Shown: positions 50,759 to 64,000 of the stretch, piece by piece | How the letters are laid out: every line of letters begins with the position of its first letter | How positions within the stretch are numbered: the stretch's first letter is position 1 | Assembly: GCA_028534125.1 (NCBI GenBank) | Contig: CM052817.1 | Span: forward strand, 46,192,001-46,256,000 | Source of the DNA: Lama glama | Taxonomy: Eukaryota | Reading direction: 5' to 3' | DNA length: 64,000 nt | Notes under the pieces: generated by a model | The model's database searches: none | Seen by the model: the letters and a program-made list of their open reading frames with translations, nothing else | Told to the model about the DNA's origin: nothing | Made by a program: the position numbers and the translations under genes

Positions 50759-53700
50759 ATGCCTCTGGTGGACATTGTGTCTGGTAGGTGATTTACACAC
50801 TTTCACATTCTACATCCCTTGCTAGAAAAGGGTTACTTATTGTTGTGTTGTCAGAGGCTTTCCTTTAGCATCTGAATATCCACTAAGCATTCCAGATGGC
50901 TTAAATGTCACCCTGTGATATATGCTAGTAAGAACTGAAAGGCTATAAAGTGGCAGTCAGTGCCAAAACAGATGCTGCTATCTGATAGGTTCCTCGCTCA
51001 TATAATGATACCAATGAAGCATCAATGATTAAGATATATTTTTTCTCTTGCTTCCAATACTATCCCATAGAACTTCTTCCTTTCTATCAGTTCTCACATA
51101 GATTTTGAGTATTGCTCTAAAGATAGTTATAAAATCCTGTTTCTTCTTGGCATCCAATAGAAAAAAAAACATAATTGATTGTGGCCACAGGAAATATTTT
51201 TATGATGAAAATGTCGATGAAATAGTTGTTAAAATCCGGCTCCTGTGCTTTTGAGAAAGACCCAACTCTCCCTTCCAAATGTAATTGTTCATTACAATTT
51301 CTCAGAGAATATCAAACTGGCAATGGTCAAGTCTACAATGTTCAAAATACAGGGAAATGTGAGCTTGATTTTAATTCCAGGAAAATTACAAAATGGAAAA
51401 ACCTTAAATGCATGTTTGTTTTTTTCTGATGATGATGTTATGTATGTCCATTGTAGAAAATCTGAAAAACATCTACAAGTTTAAAATTACAATAAAAGTC
51501 ACTATAATCTTGCCATCCAAAGACGGTAAATGCATTTTATTGTTTTTATTTCTAGGATTTTGAAATATTTCTGTATTAGATATAAAGTACGATGCCTGTT
51601 AATTTTGCTTGTATTGTGCCTCACTATGTATCTTACCACTTTGCTTTAAAATTAAAATGTGAGCATTTTCCCATTTCATCAAAAATTTGAAATTTAAAAA
51701 CCACATGAAAGAATTATATGAATTATCACAATAAGCCATTCATTCCTGCACTCATTGCAATATTTTGCTGCTTTAAGTAATGCAGTGATGATCATTTATG
51801 CTCAGAAAACTATGATGATTTCTTAATTGCAGCATTAAATTTGACAAAAACTTTCACTGAACCCTTATTAATATGATGGAAAAACATGGGTTGGATAAAA
51901 GCTCTTGTTGGTAGTTGTGGTAGTTGTGATACTGCTTAAATAACATATTCTGTCTGAAACTACGAATGCATCTGTAAGGAGGTCTATTGAGGTCTTCCAT
52001 GAAAAATATTTTTTCAGTGCCATTTTCAAATTTTATAAACAACTCTGAAGAACACATTGGCACTGTGATGGTTATTTTATCTTTGTCCTCCCCCATTTCC
52101 ACCTTTCTCTGCTCTGTTTTATGGCAAGGATGAGACTGGTCCTTACAGAGGTTTTGTGTGCTTCCTATCACTCTTGGAACTCGTGTCACAGCCACAAGTA
52201 CAAGTTCATGCTAGCCTACTGGTGGATTCAAATCCTGTAGAAGAGAGCTGAGGTGTTTCAGTCCTGGACTCTCCTGGACCTACCTCAGTCTAAACCCGAT
52301 CATTCCACCTCTGATGTAGACTCTTGCTTCTTACATGGATTTGTACCATATCCCAAATTCTTATACTTACCTTTCTAAATGGCATCGTTTCACCAAGAAT
52401 AATTTAGAATTATAATAGCTATTCTGAGGAACTTGTAATGTGAACAAAAGTGTTCTTTTGAAAGGTGCCTTAGAACATAATGAATACAATTCCAAGCATC
52501 CAGTGGTCTGCATATTTTAGTTTTTGAGGAAGTATCCAAAGGCATTTAGATTCCAAAATTGTTCCCTTAAAAGATGTCTTGGCCAAGCAAACAAAAGGTG
52601 AAAAACTAATAATGGTCTCTCTTTTAGGTCCCTCCAAATCTCAGTACAAATCTAACAGCCTTTATCCTATTATTTACCTTCCCCCAACCTATGTTTCTCC
52701 ATTTCCTCTGACTTGTTCCTTTTACCTTCTGGCTGACTAGAAATCCCCAAAGTGCAATTGCTTCATAAAATTAAATCCCCCTAACTGATATAGGAAAAAC
52801 TGCATTGGTTTTACGATCTAGTCTCATATTGAGCCAAAAGCCAAATATTAAAGTTGTTTTAAAGCCTAGAAAGAAAAAATAATTGCAGAGGAATTAGGAA
52901 TAGTTTCAGGAGTGTATAATCCAGCATCCCAAAAAACATCAAATAGTACATATGTTCAGATGCAAAAGAACTGGATGGAAAGACAGCATTCAAACACCCC
53001 AAACTGCGTAAGAAATCAGAGGGTTTTAGAAAAACTGTGTATATTGGAAAGTAGCCCCCAAATCATTCCTATAAACATACATTGAACCCTGATTCAGTCC
53101 CATAAGCAAAGAAAGAAACCATCCTCCAGGGAGTTCAGAGATGGGCTCCATAATACATTTTGTGTTCAGAAGTAACTCCTGATAAAGATGTAGTGAGCTC
53201 TCTAACTTCTGTGAATAACCTTAGCCTGAAATTTAATACACAAGAAAAACGAGAATGGATAATAGCCCCATTGCCAGACTTCCAGCACTTTGCTGAGCAT
53301 TTTTGAAAGAACGTAAGAACAAAACAGAGTAAGACTCAGAGTAAAGCTATGGCCTTATGGATAAAACAATTAGACACTCACAGTCATTAAAGAGGAAGAC
53401 ACAAAGAGAGAAATAGAAAGAACATTGGCACAAAAGAGAAAAAAAAAAGGAAGTGAACAAAGCACTTTGTTCTTTGAGCAAGACAAGAAGCAGAAGGAAT
53501 CAAATACCCAATCTCTCATTTTATCCTTAAATTCACAAGACGAAATTTCTAACAATGCTAAAGGACAACCTTTTGCTTGATCTGGGCACAACTTTATTAG
53601 CCTTAAACTTTTTTATTCAATATCTCCCTTGGAGTAAACAGACTACTCAAGAGGTGGGTCTCTAAGAATCCTCAGACATTCCTCATGCCCTGGCCTGGAG

Positions 53701-54740
53701 CAGAGGTATAGTCTTGCCTCCTCAGTGACCCCACACTTGCTAACTTGATAGGGAGAGATGTACACTGAAAATGGTATTACCAGCAGATTTAATTATTTCT
53801 TGATGGGCTCTTTGTTAAAAATCCCTGAGGACTCCCTAGTCATAATGAGGTCACAGCTAATTTGAATACTGACTTATGCTTACTTACTTTCTAAATCAAG
53901 CCCCAATTGAAAATCTCAAAGAAGTGCCTGAGTTTTTTGTGGGTTACACATCTATGATATTGGCAGCATTAATGGGACTGAACTTCTGTCTAAATGTACA
54001 TAATACTCTCTTAAAGCACAAGCTAAGGAAAGACTAAAAAAAAAAAAAAGGACTGATTGTTAACACTTTCATCCTTCTAGTTAACAATACCAATGGGATG
54101 AGGATATAGATTCATTCAGAACTTTAGACGCATAAATAGAATATTCATTCCCTGGTTCCCTATAGTAGCAAACTCACATTCTATCTATAGGACCTCCTGA
54201 GACTATATATTTTACTTTTAGATGTGTATTTTGTTTTCTTTAGTGTCCCTTTAGATCAATAATCAATACTTGTTTGCCTTATTTTGGAAATGTCAACAAT
54301 ATACATATCTGTGCTGTTATACCCTCATACTTTTTACAAATCCTCAACCAGGACCTAAAGAATCTGAAATTTCCATGTAATTCTGCTCTTATCATTCAGA
54401 GGAGGATTTGGGGCAGAACACGTATTTCAGAAAATACGATTCAGAAACTGAATTTCAAGTTCTAACAGTTCAGAGTATGTTTATGTTATGCTGGTCCATC
54501 AGCAGATATATTCCTCAGGTATATAGGTAATAAGAAACATTACAAGTACAATAAAATGCTGTTAGATTTTACAGAAACATTTGCTGTTGCAAACTCTCAC
54601 CTTAATATTTATCAATTTCAAAACTCTCATATCAGCTGTCTAAATTCCTGATAAAACATACCAACTCTATACCCTAGGATACTCAGTAACATACGAAATT
54701 TAATTGTTACTTAGAATATCATCATTAAAAATTCCCAGCT

Positions 54741-56321
54741 TTGTCCCAAACAGCCAAAACAATATTGAGAAAGAATAACAGAGCTGGAGGAATCACCCTC
54801 CCTGACTTCAGACTATCACAAAGTTACAGTAATCAAAACAGCATGGCACAAAAAACAGCCACATAGACCAATGAACAGAATGGAGAGCCCAGAAATAAAC
54901 TCATGCACCTTTGCTCACTTAATATGACAAAGGAGGCAAGAATATACCACGGACAAAAGACAGTCTCTTCAGTAAGTGTTTCTGTGAAAACGGGACAGCT
55001 ACATATAAGAGAGTGAGATTAGCACATTCTCTAACACTATATACAAAAATAAACTCAAAATGAATTAAAGACTTAAATGTAAGACCAAGGACCATATAAC
55101 TCCTAGAGGAAAACATAGACAGAACACTCTTTGACATAAATTATAGCAAAATTTTTTTTGGATCTGTCTCCTAAAGCCAAGGAAATAAAAGCAAAAATAA
55201 ACAAATGATACCTAATTAAATTTAAAAGCTTCTGTACAATAAAGGAAACCATCAACGAAACAAAAACCTATTGAATGGGAGAAAATATTTGCAAATGCTA
55301 TGACCAATAAGGGGTTAATATCCAAAATATATAAACAGCTTATACAACTAAACATCAAAAAACAAACAAGCAACAAACAACTCACTTAAGACATAGGCAG
55401 AAGAGCTGAATAGATTATTTTTTTCCAAAGAGGAAATGCAGATGGCCAACAGGCAATGAGAAGATGCTCAACATCAATAATCATCAGGGAAATGGAAATC
55501 AAAACCGCAATGAGATATCACATCACACTTGTCAGAATGGCTGTTATCAAAAAGAACACAAATAACAAATGCTGGCGAGGATGTGGAGAAAAGGGAACCC
55601 CTGAACATGGTTGGGAATGTATATTGATGCAGCCACTGCAGAAAACAGTATGGAGGTTTCCCAAAAAACTAAAAATATAACTACTATATGACCCAGCAAT
55701 TTAACTCCTGGGTATATATCTGAAAAGAAACAAAACAAACAAACAAAACACTAACTTGAAACATTAATGCTAATTCGAAAAGATGCACCTCAATGTTCAT
55801 GGCAGAATTATTTACAATTGCCCAGATATGGAAGCAACCTAAGTGTCCATCAATAGATGAATAAAGAAGATATGGTATATTCCATTTTTTATATATATAT
55901 TTTTATATATATATATTTACTTATTTATTTATATAATGGAATAGTTCTTAGCCATACAAAAAGAATGAAATTTTGCCATTTGCAGCAACATGGATGGACT
56001 TGGAGGGTATTATGCTAAGTGTAATACGTCAAGAGAGAAAGACAAATCCTGTATAGTATCGCTTATGTATGGAATCTAAAAAATACAACAAACTAGTGAA
56101 TATAACAATAAAGAAGCAGACTCACAGATATAGAGAACAAAACTAATGGTTACCACTGGGGAGAGGAAGTGGGAAGGGGCAATAGAAGAATAGGGGATTA
56201 AAGAGGTATAAGCTATTATGTATACAATAAACTATGTCATATATAGTACAATATATGGAATATAGCCAATATTTTATGATAACAATAAATGGAGTATAAC
56301 CTTTAAAAGTAAATTAAGTTA
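54741..56321 (+). mobile_element. 5'-truncated L1 (L1MA9-like): ORF2 C-terminus and 3' UTR
   Basis: ORF2 remnant [22 protein letters not shown]...[11 protein letters not shown] (55456-55680). TSD aaaaattcccagct (54727-54740) / aaaaatttctagct (56322-56335). Confidence 0.93.
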
Positions 56322-58343
56322 AAAAATTTCTAGCTGACAAATATAATTATATACTAAAGCCCAGGACAGGTTTATGGAGGTAGGCTTGTGTTTTCTCCCC
56401 AAGCCAATTAATCCATCAATGAATTTACTCCTGGCAGAAGAAAAAGGTCTTTATTATTATAGATTTTCCAAAATAATTGGGATAATTATTTTAGGGTGAA
56501 CTATTCTGATCAGAAAATTTAATAAGATTTTTGATTCATCTAAGATTTCTCTGTTGTGGGTGAAATCTCTTGGAGAATTAGACTAACCAATGGATGACCC
56601 ACACAGAATCACGCTACTTCAAAGGTTACGACTTTCTTACTAGGTGATTGCAAATCTGTTATTTTTTGATTCCTTGTATGACAAATATGAAATAAATCAC
56701 CAATGCTGTCTTAACAGAATATACCAAATAAATATAACATTTTAAAAACACCACCAATACATGAAGTACACACAGGACATGATTCAGTACCCTAGGAGCT
56801 AAGTTTACTCTTATATGAGGTATAACCATTACCCCTCGAGCAAGTGGAGACTGTCTCCTTATTCTCATCAGTTAGAACCCCAGCTAAGTATTTTCATATA
56901 CTTATTCGACAACCTCAGAATTCAGTTCACATGATTTTTTTAACAGTAATCCTTTCCCTATGAATCCTTCTATCATAGTCATCTTTAAGTCTTTATGAAA
57001 TGGCTCAGTCAAGGCATCCTGATAAAAGGAAGCACCATATTTACACATCAGTTTAATTAGTAGAGTTCAAAGGGCTGTGCAAACATTATCTAATTAAACT
57101 TCACAACAACTCAGTGAAGCAAGAGAAGGTTTACCTATTATCCTCATTCACAGAAGGGAGATTTTGAGGTGCTGAGAGGCTAAATGATTTCTTAGTTTCA
57201 CAATGATGAGTCAGAGGTGAGGCTGGGAACAACCCAGAACTCTTGTTCAGATAAAAAGGTAACACCATGGAAATGCTTATTCAGGTGGATCACTCCTTCA
57301 GCTGGAAGTTGTCCTGCTACATGAGTAACAAGAGTAATTGTGATGGAATTTGTATGACTGTATATGTTTCTTTCTAGATTAGAAAAACTTTTGCATTATT
57401 TGCTTTGGGGACAGTTATATGATGGCTAAATGCATCCAAGCTAAATAGAACCTACATTAGAAGTCTGGATACTTCAGTATCTTCCCCAAATTGTCCCCTT
57501 GTTACTCCTAGGAATCCTCAAGAAGTGTTCATAAACCAGTGAGTCAGAGGCAGTGACCACAGAACATATCCTCTTTTTTCTCTTTTCCCGTAGCTTCTTT
57601 GGTTCTTATCTGATACCTGTTTGACTGTGATGCCTGACATGAGAATGTTGTTCATACCAAGGACAATCCCTGGATGCTCCCAAACCTTCTAATCCTTCGG
57701 GTGCAAGAGCAGAACTAAGTTCCTTACAGGGCTGAGGGCCAGCAGGGCCCTGTTCTGTGCCATACTTGATCATCTAGGAGTATGGAATCCTTTTGTTTTC
57801 AGAAGTTCACAGGCTCACTCTTGAGTAGTTCTATCAGCTTCTACCTCGAACCTTTCCTCTGCAACGTCCAGTGGACCTTTGGGGGTGAGATGCATGCTTC
57901 TCTTTTAAAACATTTAAAAAAAATTAAAAAATTTAAAACATAAGAGTGGAAATTAAAAGCACGTGAAGAGAGAAGACAAGCAGCCCAAATCATCACTTAT
58001 GAAATCAACCAAGATCTCTAAAACAGGAGTCTGGAGGGGAGGGATGGCCTGGGTCTCTATCTAGGGGCTGGCAATGTGTTTATTTGAGATAGCCATCTTT
58101 GAAGTGGATGCTTCTTTGAAGTGGATGTCTCCACAGTCAAAGCTTAAGTCAGGCACTTGCATTACAAAAAGAAAAGCCAACTGTCAGGGCTTGTACTACA
58201 CACCTCCTTTAAGTGTTCAAACATCAGCTAAGACAATCTGTGTGTACTGCCTCACAGAAGTGACACAGATAAGAAAGAGAAATAGAGAAGAAAGAATTTG
58301 CTCCCCAGCTCCTGGATTTCAAAAGACTTAGCACTTTAGAAGC

Positions 58344-59034
58344 TGTGGGGAAGAAGAAATTTTCCTCTACCCTTCTGAGTTCTTCTGACTGGTCTAAGAA
58401 TTAAATTTACATGAGACAAATTAGCAGGAGAAAATCAAACAAAAGTTTAATAACTTGTATACATGCGAGAAACCCAGGAAAACTGAGTAACTCACCAAAA
58501 TGACAAAACCGCTCACCTTAAATACCATCTTCAGCTGAAGACAAAAGATGATGTTAGGAGTGATGGTTTGAGACTTCAGAGCAAAGGCAGGCAGTTTACA
58601 TTGAAATGGAAAAACACACGTTTGGTAAACAAATGTTTGCTCGGCCATGCAAAGACAGTGGGACACAGAGTGGAATCTGAATTCTAGGTCCTGCTGGGTT
58701 TCCCCCACAACACCTAAGCCTTATTTCTTGCATATAGCTCTGGTGATAGCTCTATTCTGGGAACAGGCCCTTTATCTAAATTCTCTTAGGCAGTTAAGGG
58801 GAGGTTGTAAGAAAAACTTCCTGAATCTTCTGTTTCTTAAAAATAATCAACCTAAGATAAACAAGTTTCTTCCGTAAAACACAGGAAACTATATTCAATA
58901 TCTTGCAGTAACCTAACATGAAAAAGAATATGAAAACGAGTATGTGTATATATGTGTATGACTGAAACATTACGCTGTACACCAGAAATTGACACAACAC
59001 TATAAACTGACTATAGTACAATAATAATAATAAT

Positions 59035-59065
<31 letters not shown>

Positions 59066-59127
59066 GACCTAAATTAATCCTCTGCCAAAGAAACACACTT
59101 TGGGGTGGCAAATTTTGCTGGTCTACA
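58344..59127 (-). mobile_element. ERV1 solo LTR (MER41-like, tentative), interrupted by an L1 3' fragment
   Basis: TG...CA ends, gaag near both flanks (offset by 1 nt), ATTAAA on minus at 58451-58446. Resembles ungulate/carnivore MER41-like LTRs as recalled. Confidence 0.7.
58856..59064 (+). mobile_element. Short L1 3'-end insertion with (AAT)6(CAT)9 tail
   Basis: Homologous to the L1 3' end at 2830-3010 (gaaaaagaatatgaaa...gctgtacaccagaaattgacacaac). Flanked by atcaacctaa / atcgacctaa. Confidence 0.85.
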
Positions 59128-60399
59128 GAAGGATAGAGAGACTCAAACTAGAAAATGGAAGGGCTAAGTATAAAGAGTCAGGAGAGCTGGAAGAAATGAT
59201 GAGAGCTTAGACTTAAGAGGTTCCCAAGGAGAGGCTGCTAGTCAAATTGCCTAGAGATGTGTCTGGGAGAGTTGGCAAAAGCCTCGGTATTGGTTTGGGA
59301 TATCCAAAAACAAAGGGCCCTTTTCTCATAGCCTGTGTAGAAGTTGAGAAGGTGTCATGACCTCAAATAATTAAATGGATGCAAGAGGCCTAGGAAGACA
59401 TCTTAGACACTTTCTCAGAGTTTCCGGTAGCAGAGTGATAAAACCACTGGAAGCAAACAGGCCAATGCGTGTGTAGATAGTTGGCCAGGGGCCAGATGAG
59501 ATAAAGGACATCTTGTTGGATGCCAGCTTAGAAACATAATAGAACTGAATGTCCTACCATTCGTGGTACTTACATGCAACCTCAGGAAAGATGGACAAAG
59601 AGTCCAAATGGATGAGGTTTGAGTTTCTACTTCCTCAAAGATACTAATGAAAAATTCAGTAAAATTTGAGGAGTATGTTTAACAGATATTTAAGGATACA
59701 ATGGTCTGGATAACTGGTTACCAAACAGAAGAGTTTTTAGAATTAAATCAGAACTACAAATACCAGAATCTCAAGCATAAATGACTAACTTCAATGTGTT
59801 TAAGTACTTTGGAAGGACAATTTAAAGTACTCCATAACAAGAGAACTAGTCATGGCAAATTTTAAGTGTTTGTCTAGCTTCCTCTGTTCCTGGCCAGTAT
59901 CTAAGATTCAGATTCAAACTCAGGCTTTATAATTTAGTGCCTGGGTAACCTTGGAGCATTACCGCAGCCTTAGCTTTCTTATCTATATATTAAGAATAAT
60001 AATACTCACCACTTCATAAGTATGATTAGAGAAATGATGTATGTAAAGTGCTTAGCACATTGCCTGCCACATAGAAAATATCCAACAGATACTGAGGATA
60101 TGCCAGTTATTCACATATTATCCTGGACAAAACATTTGGAAGAAGAGAAAGTCACTGTCCATGCCTATGTTATGTTATAATCTGGTATTTTCAAGCTGTG
60201 TGGGTTTGAAACAATCCAGTGGCAACCAACACTTTTTTTAAAGGAATAGCATAGCTTAATGTAGCATGACATAAATTTTCTGTAAAAATTTGTCTTATTT
60301 ATGTGTATTTATGTAAGTATATACTACACCGTGAAATGTGTTAAGAGGGGTGAGTACCTAGGTATCCATGACCATATTATTACATTGACCACATATTTC

Positions 60400-63300
60400 G
60401 CAAACTTGCTAAACTAATTTACAAATTCTGGTAGTTATTTTGTATATTCCACTGGATTTTCAGTCATGTTGTCTGAAATAAAAAATAGTTTTACTTCTTC
60501 CTTCCAAATCTCGATGTGTTTCACTACTTTCCTTACCTGACTGCACTAGATAGACACACCAGTACAATGGGAGATAGAAGTGGCGAGAGGGATCTGGTGC
60601 CTGATCTTAGTAGGGAAGCATTCATTCTTTTAACAAAATACGACGTTAGCTGTGAGGTTTTCATAGATGCTGTTTATCAGGTTGAGGAAATCCCCTTCTC
60701 AGTCTGCTGAGAGATTTTTGAGAAATCAAAGATGAATTTTGTCAAAGTGATTTCTGAGACTATTTAGATACTTTTTAAAGTTTTTGTTGATTTGGTTTTA
60801 GTTTGTAAAAATGGTGAATTGCAATCCTACAGTAAACTCCATTTGGTCATGGTGCATTATCCTTTTAATATGTCGGATTAAATCTGGATGCATTTTGTTC
60901 AGAATATTTGCATCTATATTCATGCAAGATTTTGGTCTATAGCTCTCTCTTCTTCTGATGTCTTTGTCTGCTTTTAGTATCAGAGTAATGCTGACCAATT
61001 TGAAGTACTCTTTCTTTTTCAGTTTTTTGGAAGGGTTGGTATAGAGCTGGTAATATTTCTTCCTTAAATATTAGGTAAAATTTACCACAGTGAAGCCATT
61101 TAGACATACAGTTTTCTTTGTGGGAAGAACTTTAACTATAAATGTAATTCTTTTGATAGATATAGGGCTATTCTAGGTTCTAGATTTCTTCTTGAGTGAG
61201 CTTTGGTACTTTGTGTCTTTCAAAAAATTGATTCACTTAATCTAAGTTGTTAAATTTATTGTTATAATTTTTTAATCATAGTCCTTTTTTACTCTCTTAA
61301 TATCTGTAGAATCTGTAATTATACTAACTCTCTCATTCCTAATATTAGTAATTTGTGTTTTCTATTTTTTTTTTCCTAATCAGTCTGGCTAGAGGTAGGT
61401 TAACTAGCTAGATCTCTGTGTATTCTACACATTGCCTGTGAATCTTCAGTTTTTCCAGTCTGTGTAGTAAAACAGGCACTATTTCTGGCCCTGTGTGAGT
61501 ACTAGGCACTGTTATCTCTAATCCCTTCAGGTGGTTCTTTATCTGCCTGGATAGTCTCCTTACATGCATGCACCCAGAGTACTCAAGGGTGACCCTCTGC
61601 ACCCTTTAAGTTGAGTTTTCTCTCTGTGCAACCTCTCCTCTTTGGTACTGTGTCCTGTGAACTTTTTCCACTATGGTCTTCCCAAACTCTCAGCTCATTC
61701 TCCTCAGCTTAGAGAGTCCACCATGCTTCGCCTAGGTCACCTCCATCCCAGGGCACAGTATGAAACCTTCTCAAGCCAGTCAGCCTGGGCTATCAAAGGG
61801 CTCACCTTATTTGTTTCCTGTGTATGTCTCAGGGATCACTTTCCTAAGTTGCTGGATGTCTCCTGAATGTAAATCGTTTTTTCAATATATCTTATCTGAT
61901 TTTTTTTCAGTTGTTTAAAACAAGAGGATAAATCTAGCCCCTGTTACTATATCTTAGTCAGAAGCAGCAAATCTCATGATCATGTTATTATAAATGAAAT
62001 GAATACAGTTTTACAGAGAAAGTTTATACCAGTCAATACCTATAAACCTAAATTATTCCTTTAAACTGCTATCCATTGTGTATATGCACACCATTTTACT
62101 TATCTAGTCCTCTGTTGGCAAAACTTTAGCTGTTTTCAGTTGTCCACTATTAAAAACAAACTGCAATAAGTATTTCTCTCTATCTAGGCCAGATTTCTCT
62201 TTAGGCATCTAGAAAAAAATGGGATCTCTGGGTAACATGATATGCACATTTTCAGACTTAATAGCATTTTCAAGTAACCTCCTGGAGTGACTATAATGAA
62301 GTACACTTTCCTCAGCACTGTGTACAAATATATGCTTTCCTGTATCCTTGCCAACATTTGTTATTATCAGACTTTTTATTCTTTGCCAATCTGATATGTA
62401 TAAAAATTCTCTTTGTGGGGGGTGTTGCATTTGCCTGATTATTAGTGACATTGAGCAATTTTTCATGTTTATTGGCATTTAACATCCTCTTCTATAAATT
62501 ATCCTTTTTAACATTAGATTTGTGTATTTTTCATCAGGATTTTTATAAAAAATTTAGCTATAATATACTGGATATCGATTCTTTGTCATTTATAATGCAA
62601 ACATTTTGTCACAATATAATGCTTGTATTTTAATTTTTTAACAGACATGTTCTATAGATTTTTTAAAATTGATGTGTTGAATTACGGCAAGTTGCTTGTT
62701 GATTTTCACTTATGTGTGTATCTGTGTGTTTGTGTGCGTCTTTCCTAAGACAGTTTTACCTGCTCTAAATTTATGAAAACATTCTCTTTTTCAATTCTCC
62801 AGTGGAGTTTTATTTTTGGTCTTTTTACTTTATTCCATCTAGAATTAATTTCTACATATGGTGTGAGGTGGGAATCTAATTGGGTTTTTTTCCTAAATGG
62901 GAAATCAAACGTTTTAACACTCTTAATTGAGTTGTTGTGTTTTCTTCTACTGTTTAATGACACCACCTGATTTCATATATATGTATGAGTTTTAAAATTT
63001 CCTTCCAATGATGTATTTGTCTTTTCTTGTGCCTATGCCATAATTTTAATTACTAATACTTTATAAAATAACCTGAGTTTTAATAAAGTATTACTATTCA
63101 TAATTAATAACTAATATTTGCTGAGCACCTACACTGTGTCAGTATTCTAAATGCTTTGTGTGTATTATCTCTATTAAACCTTATAACAATGCTGTGATGT
63201 AGATATTATTATCAGGCCTATTTTAGAAATGAAGAAACTGAGGAACAGAAAGTTTAAGTAATCTGTGACCTAAGCAACAAGGTCATACAGCTAGTAAGTG

Positions 63301-63800
63301 AGAAAGCTGAGAAGCAGAAATTAAAAAAAAAAAAAGGTCTTCTCCCTTATTCTTTTTCTTCTACTGCTTATTACTTTTATAAATAAGATGTCTGCATATT
63401 TTTTGGTCCAAAATAGGACAATTTTGAGAATAATAGGGAGCACTACTAAAAATAACATCAGGTTGCATAATCCTGAATTATTGCAAACAAATTATGACAT
63501 ATGATCACATTATTTATAAGATAACCCTTTTGTGAAATGAACCTTTCCATTTCCTTGCAAAATTATAATACTTGGAGATGGTATTGGATTTAAAGATTAA
63601 TTTGGGGATAATTAACATCCTTATATGAATAAATTCCTCTGTGCAAACACATGGGGTATATCTTCAATTTTTTTTCAGCCTTCCCCTTTGATTATATTTT
63701 ATAATTTCTTTCTACTTTCTTATTACTTTTGGTTAGTTTTATTCCTAGGAATTTTATTCCCAATTTTGCTACTATTGTGAATGAAATATGTTTTCTATTA
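60400..63800 (-). mobile_element. Cluster of old, fragmented L1 pieces (L1M-type ORF2 and 5' region), with a MIR inside
   Basis: ORF2 remnants SYRPKSCMNIDANILNK (60798-60998), MKNCSMSLIIRQMQ (62209-62478) and LDSHLTPYVEINSRW (62745-62966). An L1 5'-like segment lies at 61410-61970. Confidence 0.75.
63110..63320. mobile_element. MIR SINE
   Basis: tatttgctgagcacctac...attttagaaatgaagaaactgagg...aaggtcatacagctagtaagtg. Confidence 0.7.
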
Positions 63801-63802
63801 CA

Positions 63803-64000
63803 TTTTTATTGAGGTAAAATCACATACAACATTTCAGGTGTATAACAATGATTCAGTATTTGTATGTATTATAAAATGATCACCACAGTAAGTCTAGTTA
63901 ACATCCATCACCAACCTAGTTAGGTATTTTTTTCCCTGTGATGAGAAGTTTTAAGATTTACTCTCTTAGCAACTTGCAAATATGCAGTACAGTATTATTG
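63803..64000 (-). mobile_element. L1MA-type 3' end running off the window
   Basis: tttttattgagg...tttcaggtgtataacaatgattcagtatttgtat...ttttaagatttactctcttagcaac, a typical L1MA8/9 3' terminus. Confidence 0.8.

Noticed and set aside
49900..64000. Search for the next upstream MTHFD2L exon (DATVT-containing)
   Set aside because: Not found by eye. The intron appears to extend past the window end.
1..64000. CRISPR array, operon or other novel multi-gene system
   Set aside because: Eukaryotic repeat-rich DNA with no regularly spaced repeat-spacer array and no unexplained long ORFs. All coding signal is accounted for by MTHFD2L, EPGN, the BOLA3 pseudogene and transposon relics.

Overview
Mammalian genomic DNA, most likely camelid: a Vic-1-like tRNA-Ala-derived SINE sits at about 30.5 kb. 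None of the supplied ORFs is a real gene as called, because the genes here are spliced. Reading the minus strand by hand gives two genes. (1) The last two coding exons of MTHFD2L, the mitochondrial methylenetetrahydrofolate dehydrogenase/cyclohydrolase (49389-49514 and 29047-29159), plus its 3' UTR. (2) About 4.5 kb downstream, the complete five-exon EPGN (epigen, an EGFR ligand; CDS 23226 down to 17346, 153 aa, all introns GT-AG) with a TATA promoter. This order matches the known MTHFD2L-EPGN-EREG locus. The rest is introns and intergenic DNA with L1, L2, MIR, LTR and DNA-transposon relics, plus a BOLA3 processed pseudogene inserted inside an MLT1B-like LTR. There is one 100-N assembly gap. 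I found no evidence of a wholly new biological system. The best leads are regulatory or evolutionary: a sense LTR with a poly(A) signal just before the MTHFD2L terminal exon, a candidate poison exon, EPGN isoform signals, nested retroinsertions and small duplications. Repeat family names and human comparisons are from recalled sequences, not database searches.
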